The notes beneath the pieces were generated by a model. It did no database searches. It was not told the origin of the DNA and saw only the letters and a program-made list of their open reading frames with translations. Positions 30,260-41,925 of a stretch of DNA of 64,000 nt are shown here, in pieces. This stretch comes from Nitrosopumilaceae archaeon (GTDB taxonomy: Archaea > Thermoproteota > Nitrososphaeria > Nitrososphaerales > Nitrosopumilaceae): assembly GCA_965214835.1 (NCBI GenBank), contig CBDCCK010000002.1, positions 2,400,001-2,464,000 on the forward strand, in the 5' to 3' direction. Positions within the stretch are counted from its first letter, which is position 1. Every line of letters begins with the position of its first letter. Position numbers and translations under genes: made by a program.

Positions 30260-31304
30260 GTCTTGCAAAGTGCTCCTGAAGCCTCTGCTTTTTTTCCTTC
30301 ATGTGAAACACCGACTCGGTGTGCGCAAACGCATCCTCGTACGGGCGGCCAAAGAGCATGGCCTGCATCAGCATGTGGTTCTCGGGGATCACAATCCCCG
30401 TCTGATCATCGGAGTACATCATCTGTACCGTGTCGCCCACTGCGGCCGTCATGTTTGCGTGTATGTGAACCATGTTCGTATCCCTGAAGCTAAACCCCAT
30501 GGCGTCTGCATAGTCGCGCACGTCCCTTGTCCCCCTCGCAGTCCACAGGATTGCCACGCCGAACTCGTCCCGAAAGACCTCGTGAATCTCAGAGGGCCTC
30601 GGCGCCGTGTCGCCGAACCTGATATCCAGGATGTGCAGGTGCATCTGCCTTGTCGGCACCTTGACGGCCCTGACAAACAGCGGCGAGTCCTCCCCGAGGT
30701 AGGTCCTGACGTCATCGCCGTGGTGGGGGCTCTGGGTCATCTCGATTGTGTCGGTCAGCTCCTTGTCGGTCTGTTCGATGTCTGCCCAGCGGCGGATCAG
30801 GGTGACGTCAAAGCGGGCCAGCCGGTCGCCGAATCTGTCCCTGAGGGGCTTGAGAATCCTGCCCATTCCGGTGACGTTGCAGCTGCCCTGCATGACGTGA
30901 CTCCTGCCTGAGGCCTTGTCATAGTTTGCACGTGAGTTAAACAGCAGGTCAGATACGGCCTCATCCCCGGAGACGGACTCTCCCCCCTGGTAGATTGCCT
31001 TGAGGCCTCGGGGCTCATACAGGCTCTTCTTGTTGGCATGTCCCCGGCCTCCGGGGGAGGCGTCAATTACCAGGTCACAGCCGTCCAGCGCAGACTCGAT
31101 TGTGCCTGCAATCTGGAAGTCTGCAAACCTGCCAAGACTCTTTTCTGGGACGTATACTGCCAGGCCCCGGGAGATGGCATCAGAGACCCCCCCGTCGGGG
31201 GAGTACTTGCCTACTCCGATGATCTCGATCTCCGGATCATCGCAGATAAAGGATGCAATCCTGCTTCCGATGGAGCCATAGCCGTTGACAAAGACCTTTT
31301 TCAT
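30237..31304 (-). CDS. gap: Archaeal type II glyceraldehyde-3-phosphate dehydrogenase
   Basis: VNGYGSIG, YQGGE, SCNVTG, SPHHGDDV, VIPEN. Confidence 0.9.
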   Translation of the reverse strand: MKKVFVNGYGSIGSRIASFICDDPEIEIIGVGKYSPDGGVSDAISRGLAVYVPEKSLGRFADFQIAGTIESALDGCDLVIDASPGGRGHANKKSLYEPRGLKAIYQGGESVSGDEAVSDLLFNSRANYDKASGRSHVMQGSCNVTGMGRILKPLRDRFGDRLARFDVTLIRRWADIEQTDKELTDTIEMTQSPHHGDDVRTYLGEDSPLFVRAVKVPTRQMHLHILDIRFGDTAPRPSEIHEVFRDEFGVAILWTARGTRDVRDYADAMGFSFRDTNMVHIHANMTAAVGDTVQMMYSDDQTGIVIPENHMLMQAMLFGRPYEDAFAHTESVFHMKEKKQRLQEHFARPSRSSLS

Positions 31305-31716
31305 GCCAAGTCAGCCAAGCCGCCTTGGGAATATTAACCAACCCTGGCAGGATCCGGCCGGTCTTAATTGACGGCCCGTGGGGCATGCGGTTCGTCCCGG
31401 GAATCCCGCAATGCGTCAAGGGGCATCTGATGCCTACAGGTGCGGGGTGGTTTTTGCATCCCCCGCGCCAGGAAGCACCTTGCCGCAGCCGTCATGCAGG
31501 CTCCCGGCATCGACGAGTTTTGGATTCTGCCAAGATCATTTTTGAACATGGTGCCAAGTACGAGTGATGCAGGTACCTGCAGCCGTTGTTTTTTGCCGTG
31601 TGTACAGCATGCCTTTGATCGAAGCGTGCCCTGCGACTGTCCGACAGAGAATCCTGCATGCGTACAGGAGGAAAGAACCGGGGGAGGTGCGCCAGTGCAT
31701 CCGTGTCCGATGCCGC

Positions 31717-32961
31717 CTACGGCGACCTTGTCCCTGCCGCCCCGTCACGGTTCACCAAAAAGCTCTTGAGACCCCAGGCGATCAGCTGGAATACGGCGGG
31801 CGGCAGGTGCGGATTCCCTTCATAGGCATCATAGTTGAAGTCGACTAGGGCAGCCTCCAGTATTTCGCGGTTTTTTGCGATTACAAAGTCCTCGCGTTCT
31901 GATCGCGAGGCCCCCTCGGCCTCCATTTTTTTCAGTCCGGCCCGAATCTCATCTGCCAAGGCAAGAATCCTGCGGCGGGTTGGGTCAAGATGTCCTTTCG
32001 GGTTGATTTTGAAGGCAATGTCGGTGTCCCTGATCACGACCCGGAGGTTTTCGGGCTGCAGATCGTACGGGGGGTCGGATCCTTGCCTGCCAATCCCCTC
32101 CCCTGCACGCGGTTCCTTGTGCTTCTCTAGGCGGTTTAACAGATCAGATCTCATCCTGCCGGCATGTGCTCCCATGTGTCCAAAGTCAGATCCTACTGTA
32201 CCAGCATCCCTTTCCATTCCCTCAAAACCAGCTCCTATCAGGGCGACGTTCTTTTTTAATTTCTCAAACTCGGATCTTACCTTGTCAGCACCCCTTTCTA
32301 TCCCCTCCAAGTCATATTCTATTGTGCCAAAATGAGTTGGTTTTTTGGTGATTTTATGTGGCGTCTTTCCAGATTCCTCGAGCATGGATTGCATCATGTC
32401 GACCTCCTCTACTATTTTCATGAAGATGGATCGTGCCTTGTCAATCCACCCTGCCATTTTCATATACTTTATTCCTGACTCCGCGTAGTCAAATCTTAGC
32501 AGGGTGACTTCTGCCTCTATTCCCTCAAACTCGGATCTTACCTTGTCAGCATCCTTTATCACTTCCCCAAATCTGGATCTCATCAATCCGACAATCTCCG
32601 CCAATTCCCCAAATCTGGATCTTTCTGTATCTGTCTTCTTTTTTAACTCATCAGTCTGGGATCTTACCAGGCCCGCATTCCTCCCCGTTTCCTCAAAACC
32701 AATACTTGCCATGTTAATATGCATCATCATCTCCTCAAAGTCAAATCCTCCAATGCGGTCGTTTCCTCTCATTTTCCTGATCTTGGCTAGTGCCAGACCT
32801 GCCTCCACTTCCATTTTCCTGAGTCCTACTTCCATTTTCTTGAGGCCGGATCTTGCCATGCCTGTCTGCCTCTCCACCTCCTCAATGACTGATTTTATTC
32901 TGTAAGACTTTTTTTCTATTTCCGTTATGAATCCCAGGTCTGATTTCTTGCTTTTTGGCAT
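31717..32961 (-). CDS. Hypothetical coiled-coil protein with 14-residue periodicity
   Basis: 414-aa ORF; repeats such as LEGIERGADKVRSE/FEKLKKNVALIGAG/FEGMERDAGTVGSD. Confidence 0.7.
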   Translation of the reverse strand: MPKSKKSDLGFITEIEKKSYRIKSVIEEVERQTGMARSGLKKMEVGLRKMEVEAGLALAKIRKMRGNDRIGGFDFEEMMMHINMASIGFEETGRNAGLVRSQTDELKKKTDTERSRFGELAEIVGLMRSRFGEVIKDADKVRSEFEGIEAEVTLLRFDYAESGIKYMKMAGWIDKARSIFMKIVEEVDMMQSMLEESGKTPHKITKKPTHFGTIEYDLEGIERGADKVRSEFEKLKKNVALIGAGFEGMERDAGTVGSDFGHMGAHAGRMRSDLLNRLEKHKEPRAGEGIGRQGSDPPYDLQPENLRVVIRDTDIAFKINPKGHLDPTRRRILALADEIRAGLKKMEAEGASRSEREDFVIAKNREILEAALVDFNYDAYEGNPHLPPAVFQLIAWGLKSFLVNRDGAAGTRSP

Positions 32962-33032
32962 GTAAAATAGTTGTGGGTATTCAGATTAAAAACTAGCGAA
33001 TGTGGTTTAGACTGTTGAATAACTCCGACTAG

Positions 33033-33838
33033 AGCCCTATCCAATCTGCCCGGATCATGGCCGGTGCAAGGTTCCTACTCGGCAGCTGCCTACTCTGCGA
33101 TCCACTTGCTGTACAGTTACATCCCCTCCATCTTTACCTCCTACACCATGTTGGGCCACTTGCCGTCACGTCCTCGCCGAACATGCGCTTTATGGCCGAT
33201 ATCGCGATCTCGACGAGCCACCTCCTGCCGCAGCCGATCGTGCTCTTCGGGTACCGCAGGTTCTCCTGCCTTTCCTCCTCTGAAAGATCATCTGCCGGTA
33301 CCTTGGAACCTCCGAACTGGTTTCGCACAAGCATGCCCCACTCATCGCCGATGCCCCTGTTCCTTGCAGTACATCTTGTCAAAGCCGTATGAGTGGCTTT
33401 ATGCCGCACTTGTGGCACGGTGCCGTTCCTCCATGAGGTGTATCTGCCGTCTGTAAGCAGTATCTTGCCCGGCACGCTCCGATCCTTGCCGGTGTTCGGG
33501 GCAGCGGCAGGTTCCACCTGCAAGCATGTCGAGGATCTTGATTATATCCGTGCTACCGGAGCCGTCCTGCCACGCATCCTCCTTGATGCCCCCGGCTGTC
33601 ACGTCAAGCAGTGTCCTCAGCTGTGTGCTGTAGCCGATTACCTCGTCGTATAAAGTCGCGTCCCCCTGCTGGCAGGCACGAAAGCCATAGTTATGTATGC
33701 TAATTCGTACCTGGTCGATGGGGGCAGGTGATCCCGCATCGTGTTTTGATTGGTACGGCCTAAAACAATCAACTGCGCCTGATCTTAGGCGGAACTAATT
33801 TTCATGCGATACGGGAAGGCCGATGACGGGCAAGGGCT
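33033..33838 (-). mobile_element. Degenerate IS5-family remnant
   Basis: GRRWLVEIAISAIKRMFG motif; imperfect AGCCCT../..AGGGCT ends. Confidence 0.65.
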
Positions 33839-33865
33839 AAATTTAGCCCAAGGACATCCAAACTA

Positions 33866-34567
33866 TTGATTCATGGCCCGTCGCTGGGACTGGGCGCAGG
33901 CGTTGCAGCCGCCGCAATGATTGCGTCATTCCTGGCCTTCAACTCAGCAGGTGTGGAGCAGGAGCTGGTCTTTGAGCCTGCGCCCACGGCAGGCCAGGCA
34001 GGGTCCGCGATGTCCATATCAGCACTCCTTGAGAACGGCTCCCCGGCACTGGGGGATCCCGACGCGCCAATCACATTGGTGGAGTTTGGGGACTATCAGT
34101 GTCATTTTTGCAACGTGTTCTTCCACGAAACAGAGCATGAAATCGTGGAGAACTATATCCAGACGGGCAAGGTAAGGCTGATCTTCAAGGACTTTACGAT
34201 AATCGGACCCGACTCGGTCAACGCATCGCATGCAGCACACTGCGCAGGTGATCAAGAGATGTTCTGGCAGTATCATGACACGCTGTACAACAACTGGACG
34301 GGCGAGAACAACGGATGGGCAGGCTCCCAGAATCTCCTGAGGTTTGCCCAGGAGGTCGGACTTGATATGGATGAGTTCACAGACTGCATGTCCGAGACGC
34401 GCCACGCAGATACCATAGAGCAGAGCAACTCGGATGCCAGGGCCCTGGATCTGACTGGAACGCCGGGATTTTTTGTGATCGGGCCTAGCGGTGACGTTAC
34501 AAGGATCGGCGGTGCGCAGCCATACGGCGTGTTTGAAAGAATTTTTGATTCCGAGCTGGAAAAGTAG
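33866..34567 (+). CDS. DsbA/thioredoxin-fold protein
   Basis: GDPDAPITLVEFGDYQCHFC, GTPGFF, GAQPY. Confidence 0.92.
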   Translation: MIHGPSLGLGAGVAAAAMIASFLAFNSAGVEQELVFEPAPTAGQAGSAMSISALLENGSPALGDPDAPITLVEFGDYQCHFCNVFFHETEHEIVENYIQTGKVRLIFKDFTIIGPDSVNASHAAHCAGDQEMFWQYHDTLYNNWTGENNGWAGSQNLLRFAQEVGLDMDEFTDCMSETRHADTIEQSNSDARALDLTGTPGFFVIGPSGDVTRIGGAQPYGVFERIFDSELEK

Positions 34568-34676
34568 AATTCTTACACCAAACTCTGCGAAAATAGAACC
34601 AGGGGATGCCGATCTTGGCCAAATGGCAAGATACTGTTAGCTCGATATCCTTTTATCCTAACTAGCGGAGGCTAGC

Positions 34677-36070
34677 TTGATGGCAGCTGGAATCGACGAC
34701 ATTGCATTGTACGTGCCAAAGCTGTACGTAGATGCAACGGATTTTGCGCAGGCACGTGGACTGGATCCGGAAAAGCTGCAAAAGGGCCTGGGGGTCTCTC
34801 AGATGGCAATCGCGGATACAAACCAGGATCCGGCATGCCTTGCTGCCAACGCCTGCCTGAAGATCATGCAGAAAAACAGGCTCTCCCCGGAGGATATAGG
34901 AAGGCTGTACGTCTCGACAGAGTCGTCATTTGACGAGTCAAAGGCAATGAACTCCTTTGTGGTTGGGATGCTAGAGCAGGTCTACGGCCAGGGCGCATTT
35001 GAGCACTGCGGGGGGGTCGAGACAAAATTTGCATGTGTAAGCGGCTCTTATGCACTTTATGATAACGTCAACTGGATCAGGGCAGGAGAGGCCGAGGGAA
35101 AGGCGGCCCTAGTCGTGGTGTCCGATATCGCAAAGTACGACATTGGCTCTAGCGGCGAGATGACCCAAGGTGCAGGGGCGCTTGCAATGCTGCTAAACGA
35201 CGAGCCAAGGCTACTGGCGTTTGATCCCAAGGTCACATCCACGTCGATCAGTGACGAGTATGACTTTTACAGGCCGTTTGGAAAGGAGACTCCGATCGTA
35301 CACGGTCAGTACTCCAACCTGCTTTACCTGATCCAGGTAAGAAAGGCGCTAGACGCATACAAGAAAAGGGCAATATCAAATAACCTCGTTGAGCTAAAAG
35401 ACGGGGAGTCGATTCTGGATCATATCGATTACATCAACATGCACCTGCCATACAGCAACATGGGCAAAAAGGCGCTGGCATACCTGGTAAGGCATGAATG
35501 GAGGACGCTTCCGAGGTGGAAGAAGATAGTCGAAAAGATCGGAATGGAGGAGCCGATCCCAAAGGACTCGAGGGGCACCGTCGAGTCGGTACTGGGCGAT
35601 GCGGAATTCATGGCAAGGGATCACGAGTTTACGAGGCTGTTTACGCACACAGAGGAGTATCAGGAGGTCTACGAGTCAAAGCTGGCAAGCTCCCTGATTG
35701 CGTCGAAGATGATCGGCAACCTGTATACCGCATCACTGTACCTGGGATTCAGAAGCAGCCTGGAGTTTGAGTACCGAAAGGGCGCGGATCTGGCAGGCAG
35801 GAGGATAGGATTCGGATCATACGGTAGCGGGAGCAGTGCAATGGTCTTCAGCGGCGTAGTCCAGGAAAAATACAGGGAGATCGTACGGGAGATGGACTTT
35901 GAGAGGGAGCTTGGCCCGCGAAAGAGGCTCAGCCTGGAGGAGTATGAGGACCTGCACGAGAACAGGCGCAGTCCGGAACAGTCGATCCTAAACACCAGCC
36001 ACGAGTTTGTCCTGATAGACGTAAAGACGGCCCCCGACTCGCGGGGGGAGAGAAGATACCGCTTCAATGA

Positions 36071-36074
<4 letters not shown>
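34677..36074 (+). CDS. Hydroxymethylglutaryl-CoA synthase
   Basis: GIDDIALYVP, KFACVSG, EMTQGAGA, DFYRP, HLPY, GNLYTASL, SYGSG. Confidence 0.92.
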
Positions 36075-37311
<1,237 letters not shown>

Positions 37312-37375
37312 CTAGCATGATGGCAAATCGCTGATTAACCTACCGCTTGGTTATTAAGAAAAGAGGCGGCAGGGA

Positions 37376-38695
37376 ATGTCGTTGGCATCAAGCTCCATAT
37401 GGCATCCAAACACCCAGATGAGGGAATGGCCGGGTTTTGACAAAATTGTCCGGGGGGAGGGGGTATGGCTCGTCGACTCAAAGGGCCATAAAATGATTGA
37501 CGGGGTGGCCTCGATGTGGTGCAATGTCTGGGGGCACTCTGACAAGGACATGATCAGGGCAATCTGCAGGCAGGCTTCAAGGCTGCAGCACTCGCCGATG
37601 TTCAACCTTACAAACGAGCCAGCAGAGGTCCTGGCCAAGAGGCTGGCAGGGATGTCGCCCGGAATGCGCAGGGTGTTTTTCTCAGACAACGGATCATCTG
37701 CAATGGAGATTGCGTTTAAAATGGCTCTGCAGTACTGGAAAAACGGCGGGGAGCCAGGGAAGACCAAGATTGCCACGCTTGAAAACGGATACCACGGGGA
37801 TACGTTTGGCGCAATGTCGGTGGGATACGTGCCTGAGTTCTTTGGGAAGTTCAAGGCGCAGCTGTTCGACACGCTGCAGTTTCCCGCGCCAAACCCACAC
37901 CGCGCCAGGGGGGCAGGCTCAAGGGATCTTGAAGACGCATGTCTGGAGAGGATAGAAAAGTCATTTTCAAATGACGACAGGATTGCAGCCTTTGTCATGG
38001 AGAGCGGCGCACAGATGGCAGGGGGGGCAGTAATCTTTCCAAAGGGATTCCAGTCAAGGATTCAAAGACTGTGCAAAAGGCACGGCGTGCTGTTCGTACT
38101 AGACGAGGTCGCAACAGGACTGGGCAGGCTGGGCTCCATGGTACAGTACATCGAGCAGAAAAGCAGCCCCGACATTGTGGCATACGGCAAGATGCTTACC
38201 GGGGGATACCTGACAATGGCTGCAACCCTTGCGACCAAGAGGATATATGACTCGTTTCTGGGCAGATTCGACGACAGGGTCCACCTGTTCCACGGCCACA
38301 CATACACGGGAAACCCCATTGCGGCAGCAGCCGCCGTCGAGAACCTGAGACTGTACGAAAGGCGCAGGCTGATTCAAAGGATATCTAGGACGTCAAGGGT
38401 ATTTGCCGGATATGCGCAGGAGATCTCCGAGCTGGGTGCGGTGGGTGATGTCAGGCACAAGGGGATGCTCATGGGGATCGAGCTGGTATCAGACAAGCCC
38501 GGGAGGACGCCCGTAAGGCATCCAAGATCCGTCAACAGGACGTTCTTTGAGAAGGCAAGGCAGAACGGGGTCTATCTTAGGACACTGGGAAACGTAGTCA
38601 TGCTGGTGCCCCCGCTTGCAATCTCAGAGGAGGAGCTTGCAATGCTAATTGAGAGGACAATCAAGACAATCAGGGACGTGGAGGGGACTAGATGA
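37376..38695 (+). CDS. bioA: Adenosylmethionine-8-amino-7-oxononanoate aminotransferase
   Basis: IWHPNTQM, DNGSSAMEIAFKMALQY, YHGDT, DEVATG, GKMLTGG, HGHTYTGNP. Confidence 0.95.
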   Translation: MSLASSSIWHPNTQMREWPGFDKIVRGEGVWLVDSKGHKMIDGVASMWCNVWGHSDKDMIRAICRQASRLQHSPMFNLTNEPAEVLAKRLAGMSPGMRRVFFSDNGSSAMEIAFKMALQYWKNGGEPGKTKIATLENGYHGDTFGAMSVGYVPEFFGKFKAQLFDTLQFPAPNPHRARGAGSRDLEDACLERIEKSFSNDDRIAAFVMESGAQMAGGAVIFPKGFQSRIQRLCKRHGVLFVLDEVATGLGRLGSMVQYIEQKSSPDIVAYGKMLTGGYLTMAATLATKRIYDSFLGRFDDRVHLFHGHTYTGNPIAAAAAVENLRLYERRRLIQRISRTSRVFAGYAQEISELGAVGDVRHKGMLMGIELVSDKPGRTPVRHPRSVNRTFFEKARQNGVYLRTLGNVVMLVPPLAISEEELAMLIERTIKTIRDVEGTR

Positions 38696-38717
38696 CCCCT
38701 CGCTGAGGCGGGGTTAA

Positions 38718-38828
38718 GTAACAGGTCGGGCTCTGGAAGCTCAGGCGTGAGTTTTATCACCTCGGAGGTCTCTCCTAGACAGATTCGTGCCTGAGATCAG
38801 GAGCAGCTTCCAGAGCCCGACCTGTTAC
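38718..38828. mobile_element. 111-bp IS66-derived MITE between bioA and bioB
   Basis: Perfect TIR GTAACAGGTCGGGCTCTGGAAGCT; 8-bp TSD GGGGTTAA. Confidence 0.92.
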
Positions 38829-38874
38829 GGGGTTAACAATTAAGTACTCCCGCACAGGATCAGGCATCAAACAC

Positions 38875-39852
38875 ATGGATGAAAGAGAGTTTGTTTTAAA
38901 GTGCAAGGAAAACGTCCTCTCCGGCGCAGGGGTGTCTGCAAAAGACATCGGGTTGCTGATCAACGTATCTGATGAAAACCTGAAAACGCTTGCCGAGTCG
39001 GCAAACCAAATCACCCGGAAGTTCAACGGCCCAAGAGTAGACGTCGAGCAGCTCAACAACATCAAAAAGAACTCATGTAGCGAGGACTGTGCATTCTGCG
39101 GCCAGTCTGCATTCTTTGATACCAAAGTCCAGACATACCAGCTGCCCCCCGCAGAGGAAATTGTCGGTGCGGCAAGGCTCGCGAGGGAGCAGGGGGCCGG
39201 ATCCTACTGCCTGGTGGCAGCATGGAGGGAGCCGTCACAAAAGGACTTTGAGGCAGTATGTAGCATCATTGATCAGGTGAACAGAGACGTGGGGATCCCA
39301 GTCGAGTGCAGCCTGGGATTCCTGACCGGGGAGCAGGCAAGGCGCCTCAAGTCGCTGGGGGTCAGAAGATACAACCACAACTTGGAGACGGCAAGATCAA
39401 AATTCCCCGAAATCTGCACCACCCACACGTATCAGGACAGGATCGACACGCTGATGACCGCAAGGGATGCGGGACTGGAGCTGTGTACGGGCGGGATTAT
39501 CGGGATGGGCGAGACGCGGGATCAGAGGCAGGAGCTGGCACTGGAGCTTGCGGCGCTGGGACCGGAGGAGGTCACAATCAACATACTGGTGCCGGTTCCT
39601 GGAACGCCGCTGGAGCTGCAGACGCCGCTGCCAAACCAGGAGCTGGTCAGGATGTTTGCGGTGGTGCGGTTTGCGCTGCCAGAGTCGATCATCAAGATTT
39701 CCGGTGGACGCGAGGCAAACACGGAGGACTCGGGGGAGGAGCTTTTGCAAAGCGGTGCAAACGGCATCATAACTGCAGGATACCTGACAATGGGTGGAAA
39801 CGAGGCGCAGGAGGATCGCAGGCTCATCGAGAAGATAGGCCTTGAAGCCTAG
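38875..39852 (+). CDS. bioB: Biotin synthase
   Basis: CSEDCAFCGQS radical SAM motif, YNHNLET, CTGGIIGMGE, SGGRE. Confidence 0.95.
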   Translation: MDEREFVLKCKENVLSGAGVSAKDIGLLINVSDENLKTLAESANQITRKFNGPRVDVEQLNNIKKNSCSEDCAFCGQSAFFDTKVQTYQLPPAEEIVGAARLAREQGAGSYCLVAAWREPSQKDFEAVCSIIDQVNRDVGIPVECSLGFLTGEQARRLKSLGVRRYNHNLETARSKFPEICTTHTYQDRIDTLMTARDAGLELCTGGIIGMGETRDQRQELALELAALGPEEVTINILVPVPGTPLELQTPLPNQELVRMFAVVRFALPESIIKISGGREANTEDSGEELLQSGANGIITAGYLTMGGNEAQEDRRLIEKIGLEA

Positions 39853-40972
39853 ACTGTCGTACCTGGGCGCAGAGCTGGCCCGGATAAAGGGGGACAATCT
39901 CCGCCGTAGCCTCAGGTATGGAACGATCTCAGGCCCATACATTACCATCCGCGGCAAAAGGCTGCTCAACCTGTGCTCAAATGACTATCTTGGCATTCCG
40001 GCCACGAGGCTAGGCCGGGCACAGGTGCAGTCGAGCTCAAGGCTGGTCTCAGGCAACGACGACTCGTATCTGGAGCTGGAAAAGAGCCTTGCAAGGCACA
40101 AGTCACAGCACAGCGCGCTGGTATATCCGACCGGATACATGGCAAACCTGGGCACAATAGCTGCAGTAGCAGGAAGGGGGGACGTGATCTTCAGCGACGA
40201 GCTAAACCATGCAAGCATAATTGAGGCGTGCAGTCTGTCAGGGGCATCGACTGTAATCTACGGGCACAACGACACGGAGGATCTTGCCAGAAAGATCTCA
40301 AAGGTGGGGGGAAGGAGGTTCATCGTTACAGAAGGGGTATTTAGCATGGACGGGGATCTTGCAAGGCTGGATGAGATCGTAGAGATAGCGCAGAAAAACG
40401 ACGCGATTACCGTGCTGGATGACGCGCACGGTGATTTCGTAATGGGCAGGGACGGCAGGGGCACGCCGGATCGCTTCAGGGTCTCAAGGGAGATTGACAT
40501 CTACACGAGCAGCCTGAGCAAGGGGTTGGGATCCTTTGGGGGGTATGTTGCATCCGAGAAGAGCGTGACGGACTATTGCATAAACCGGTCAAGGCCGTTT
40601 ATCTACACGTCTGCGCTCCCAAGTGTCTTTGTAAACCACGCGCTAGCAAGGCTGAAATCAGACCGCAAACCGCGCAGAAAAAGACTGGCCGCAAACACGC
40701 AGGCCATGACATCGGGGCTCAGAAAAATCGGATACGACATAACGTTTGAGAGTCAGATCATCCCCATAATCATCGGGGACGAAAAGACTGCCATGAGCTT
40801 TGGAAGGTACCTGGTCTCGCAGGGCATCTTTGCGCAGCCAATCAGGTACCCTACTGTTGCTAGGGGCAGTGCAAGGGTGCGCATCTCGATTACCGCCTGG
40901 ATTACAAGGCCGCAGGTGCAAGTGGCGCTGGATGCCTTTGAGAAGGCAGGAAAAAAATTCGGCATAATCTAG
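39842..40972 (+). CDS. bioF: 8-amino-7-oxononanoate synthase
   Basis: SNDYLG, SRLVSG, GYMAN, DELNHAS, FSMDGD, DDAHG, SLSKG, IRYPTV. Confidence 0.95.
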   Translation: MKPRLSYLGAELARIKGDNLRRSLRYGTISGPYITIRGKRLLNLCSNDYLGIPATRLGRAQVQSSSRLVSGNDDSYLELEKSLARHKSQHSALVYPTGYMANLGTIAAVAGRGDVIFSDELNHASIIEACSLSGASTVIYGHNDTEDLARKISKVGGRRFIVTEGVFSMDGDLARLDEIVEIAQKNDAITVLDDAHGDFVMGRDGRGTPDRFRVSREIDIYTSSLSKGLGSFGGYVASEKSVTDYCINRSRPFIYTSALPSVFVNHALARLKSDRKPRRKRLAANTQAMTSGLRKIGYDITFESQIIPIIIGDEKTAMSFGRYLVSQGIFAQPIRYPTVARGSARVRISITAWITRPQVQVALDAFEKAGKKFGII

Positions 40973-41073
40973 CGATACATGTCAATCCCTTCAAACATGG
41001 GCGAGCCCATGAAGAATGCAAATGTTACAATTGCTGCCAGTATCACTCCCACAATGACGTAGCGCCTGTTCAT
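40969..41073 (-). CDS. 34-aa single-TM small protein
   Basis: MNRRYVIVGVILAAIVTFAFFMGSPMFEGIDMYR*. Confidence 0.5.
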   Translation of the reverse strand: MNRRYVIVGVILAAIVTFAFFMGSPMFEGIDMYR

Positions 41074-41220
41074 GACTGGCCTGCGAGCAGCCCAGATAAA
41101 AAGTAACCTAGCCTGCCCAGTCTTCCCAGTAGCTCAGTGAGGCACCAGTAGAGGTGGGCTCGGGCATCATCCGATGGTCTTACAGTGTCTGAGCGTGTTC
41201 TTGAATCACTGCCGGTACGG

Positions 41221-41301
41221 GGTCACCTACCCTCATCAGCTAGGCACGAATCAGCATGCATGATTGTGATTTTTGTGCCTAGATGGCAGGGGGACGTGAC
41301 C
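41221..41301. repeat. About 80-bp dispersed hairpin repeat (best-preserved copy)
   Basis: GGTCAC..CTAGGCAC...GTGCCTAG..GTGACC; related copies near 1946, 13312, 18289, 33654 and 53851. Confidence 0.7.
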
Positions 41302-41925
41302 ACATACAAATCTGCTGCGTCCCGGTGGCCAGATTTTTATCATATACACATATACGGGCATCATTAATGGCAACATCAAAAATACGACCCTTATCAACAT
41401 AATAATTGCCGCTGATAAAAAATGAGGTGGGTGCGCTGGAAGTACTGCCAGAGGCTCTAGCATGATCCTGCAATCCGAATTCGGGATAGGCCATGCCAAA
41501 GTCGTCTATGAATTTTTGGCTAAACTTGGGCGTGTATACATAGTCTGAAACAGACTCGCCGTTTTCAACTATATACCTTAGAAATTCAGCAAGTCCGGGC
41601 CAAGTTCGCTCTTCCATATACACGTCCACCTCCGGCTCGGAGCGGGCCGTTTGTGTGACGGGTTTGGTCTCAGGTACATGCTCTACGTCTTTGCTGTAAT
41701 AGCGATCATACCGAAGAAGATCATCGTCAATAGGGAACCAAGTTCCATTCACAACTATCCCTTCAGATGCCCAAACCACAGTGGCAAGATGCGCGTCTAT
41801 ATCATATTCGCTGATCAGATCCGAGACAGGCACAAGGTTCACACCCTCGTCGGTCTGCTGGAGTTGAAAATTATAAACGCCCGCATCAGAGGCATACCAA
41901 AAGAGGTCGCGGTCATGATACATGT

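Noticed and set aside
41112-41185. GC hairpin resembling a tRNA or guide sRNA
   Set aside because: No cloverleaf, T-loop or convincing box motifs could be supported.
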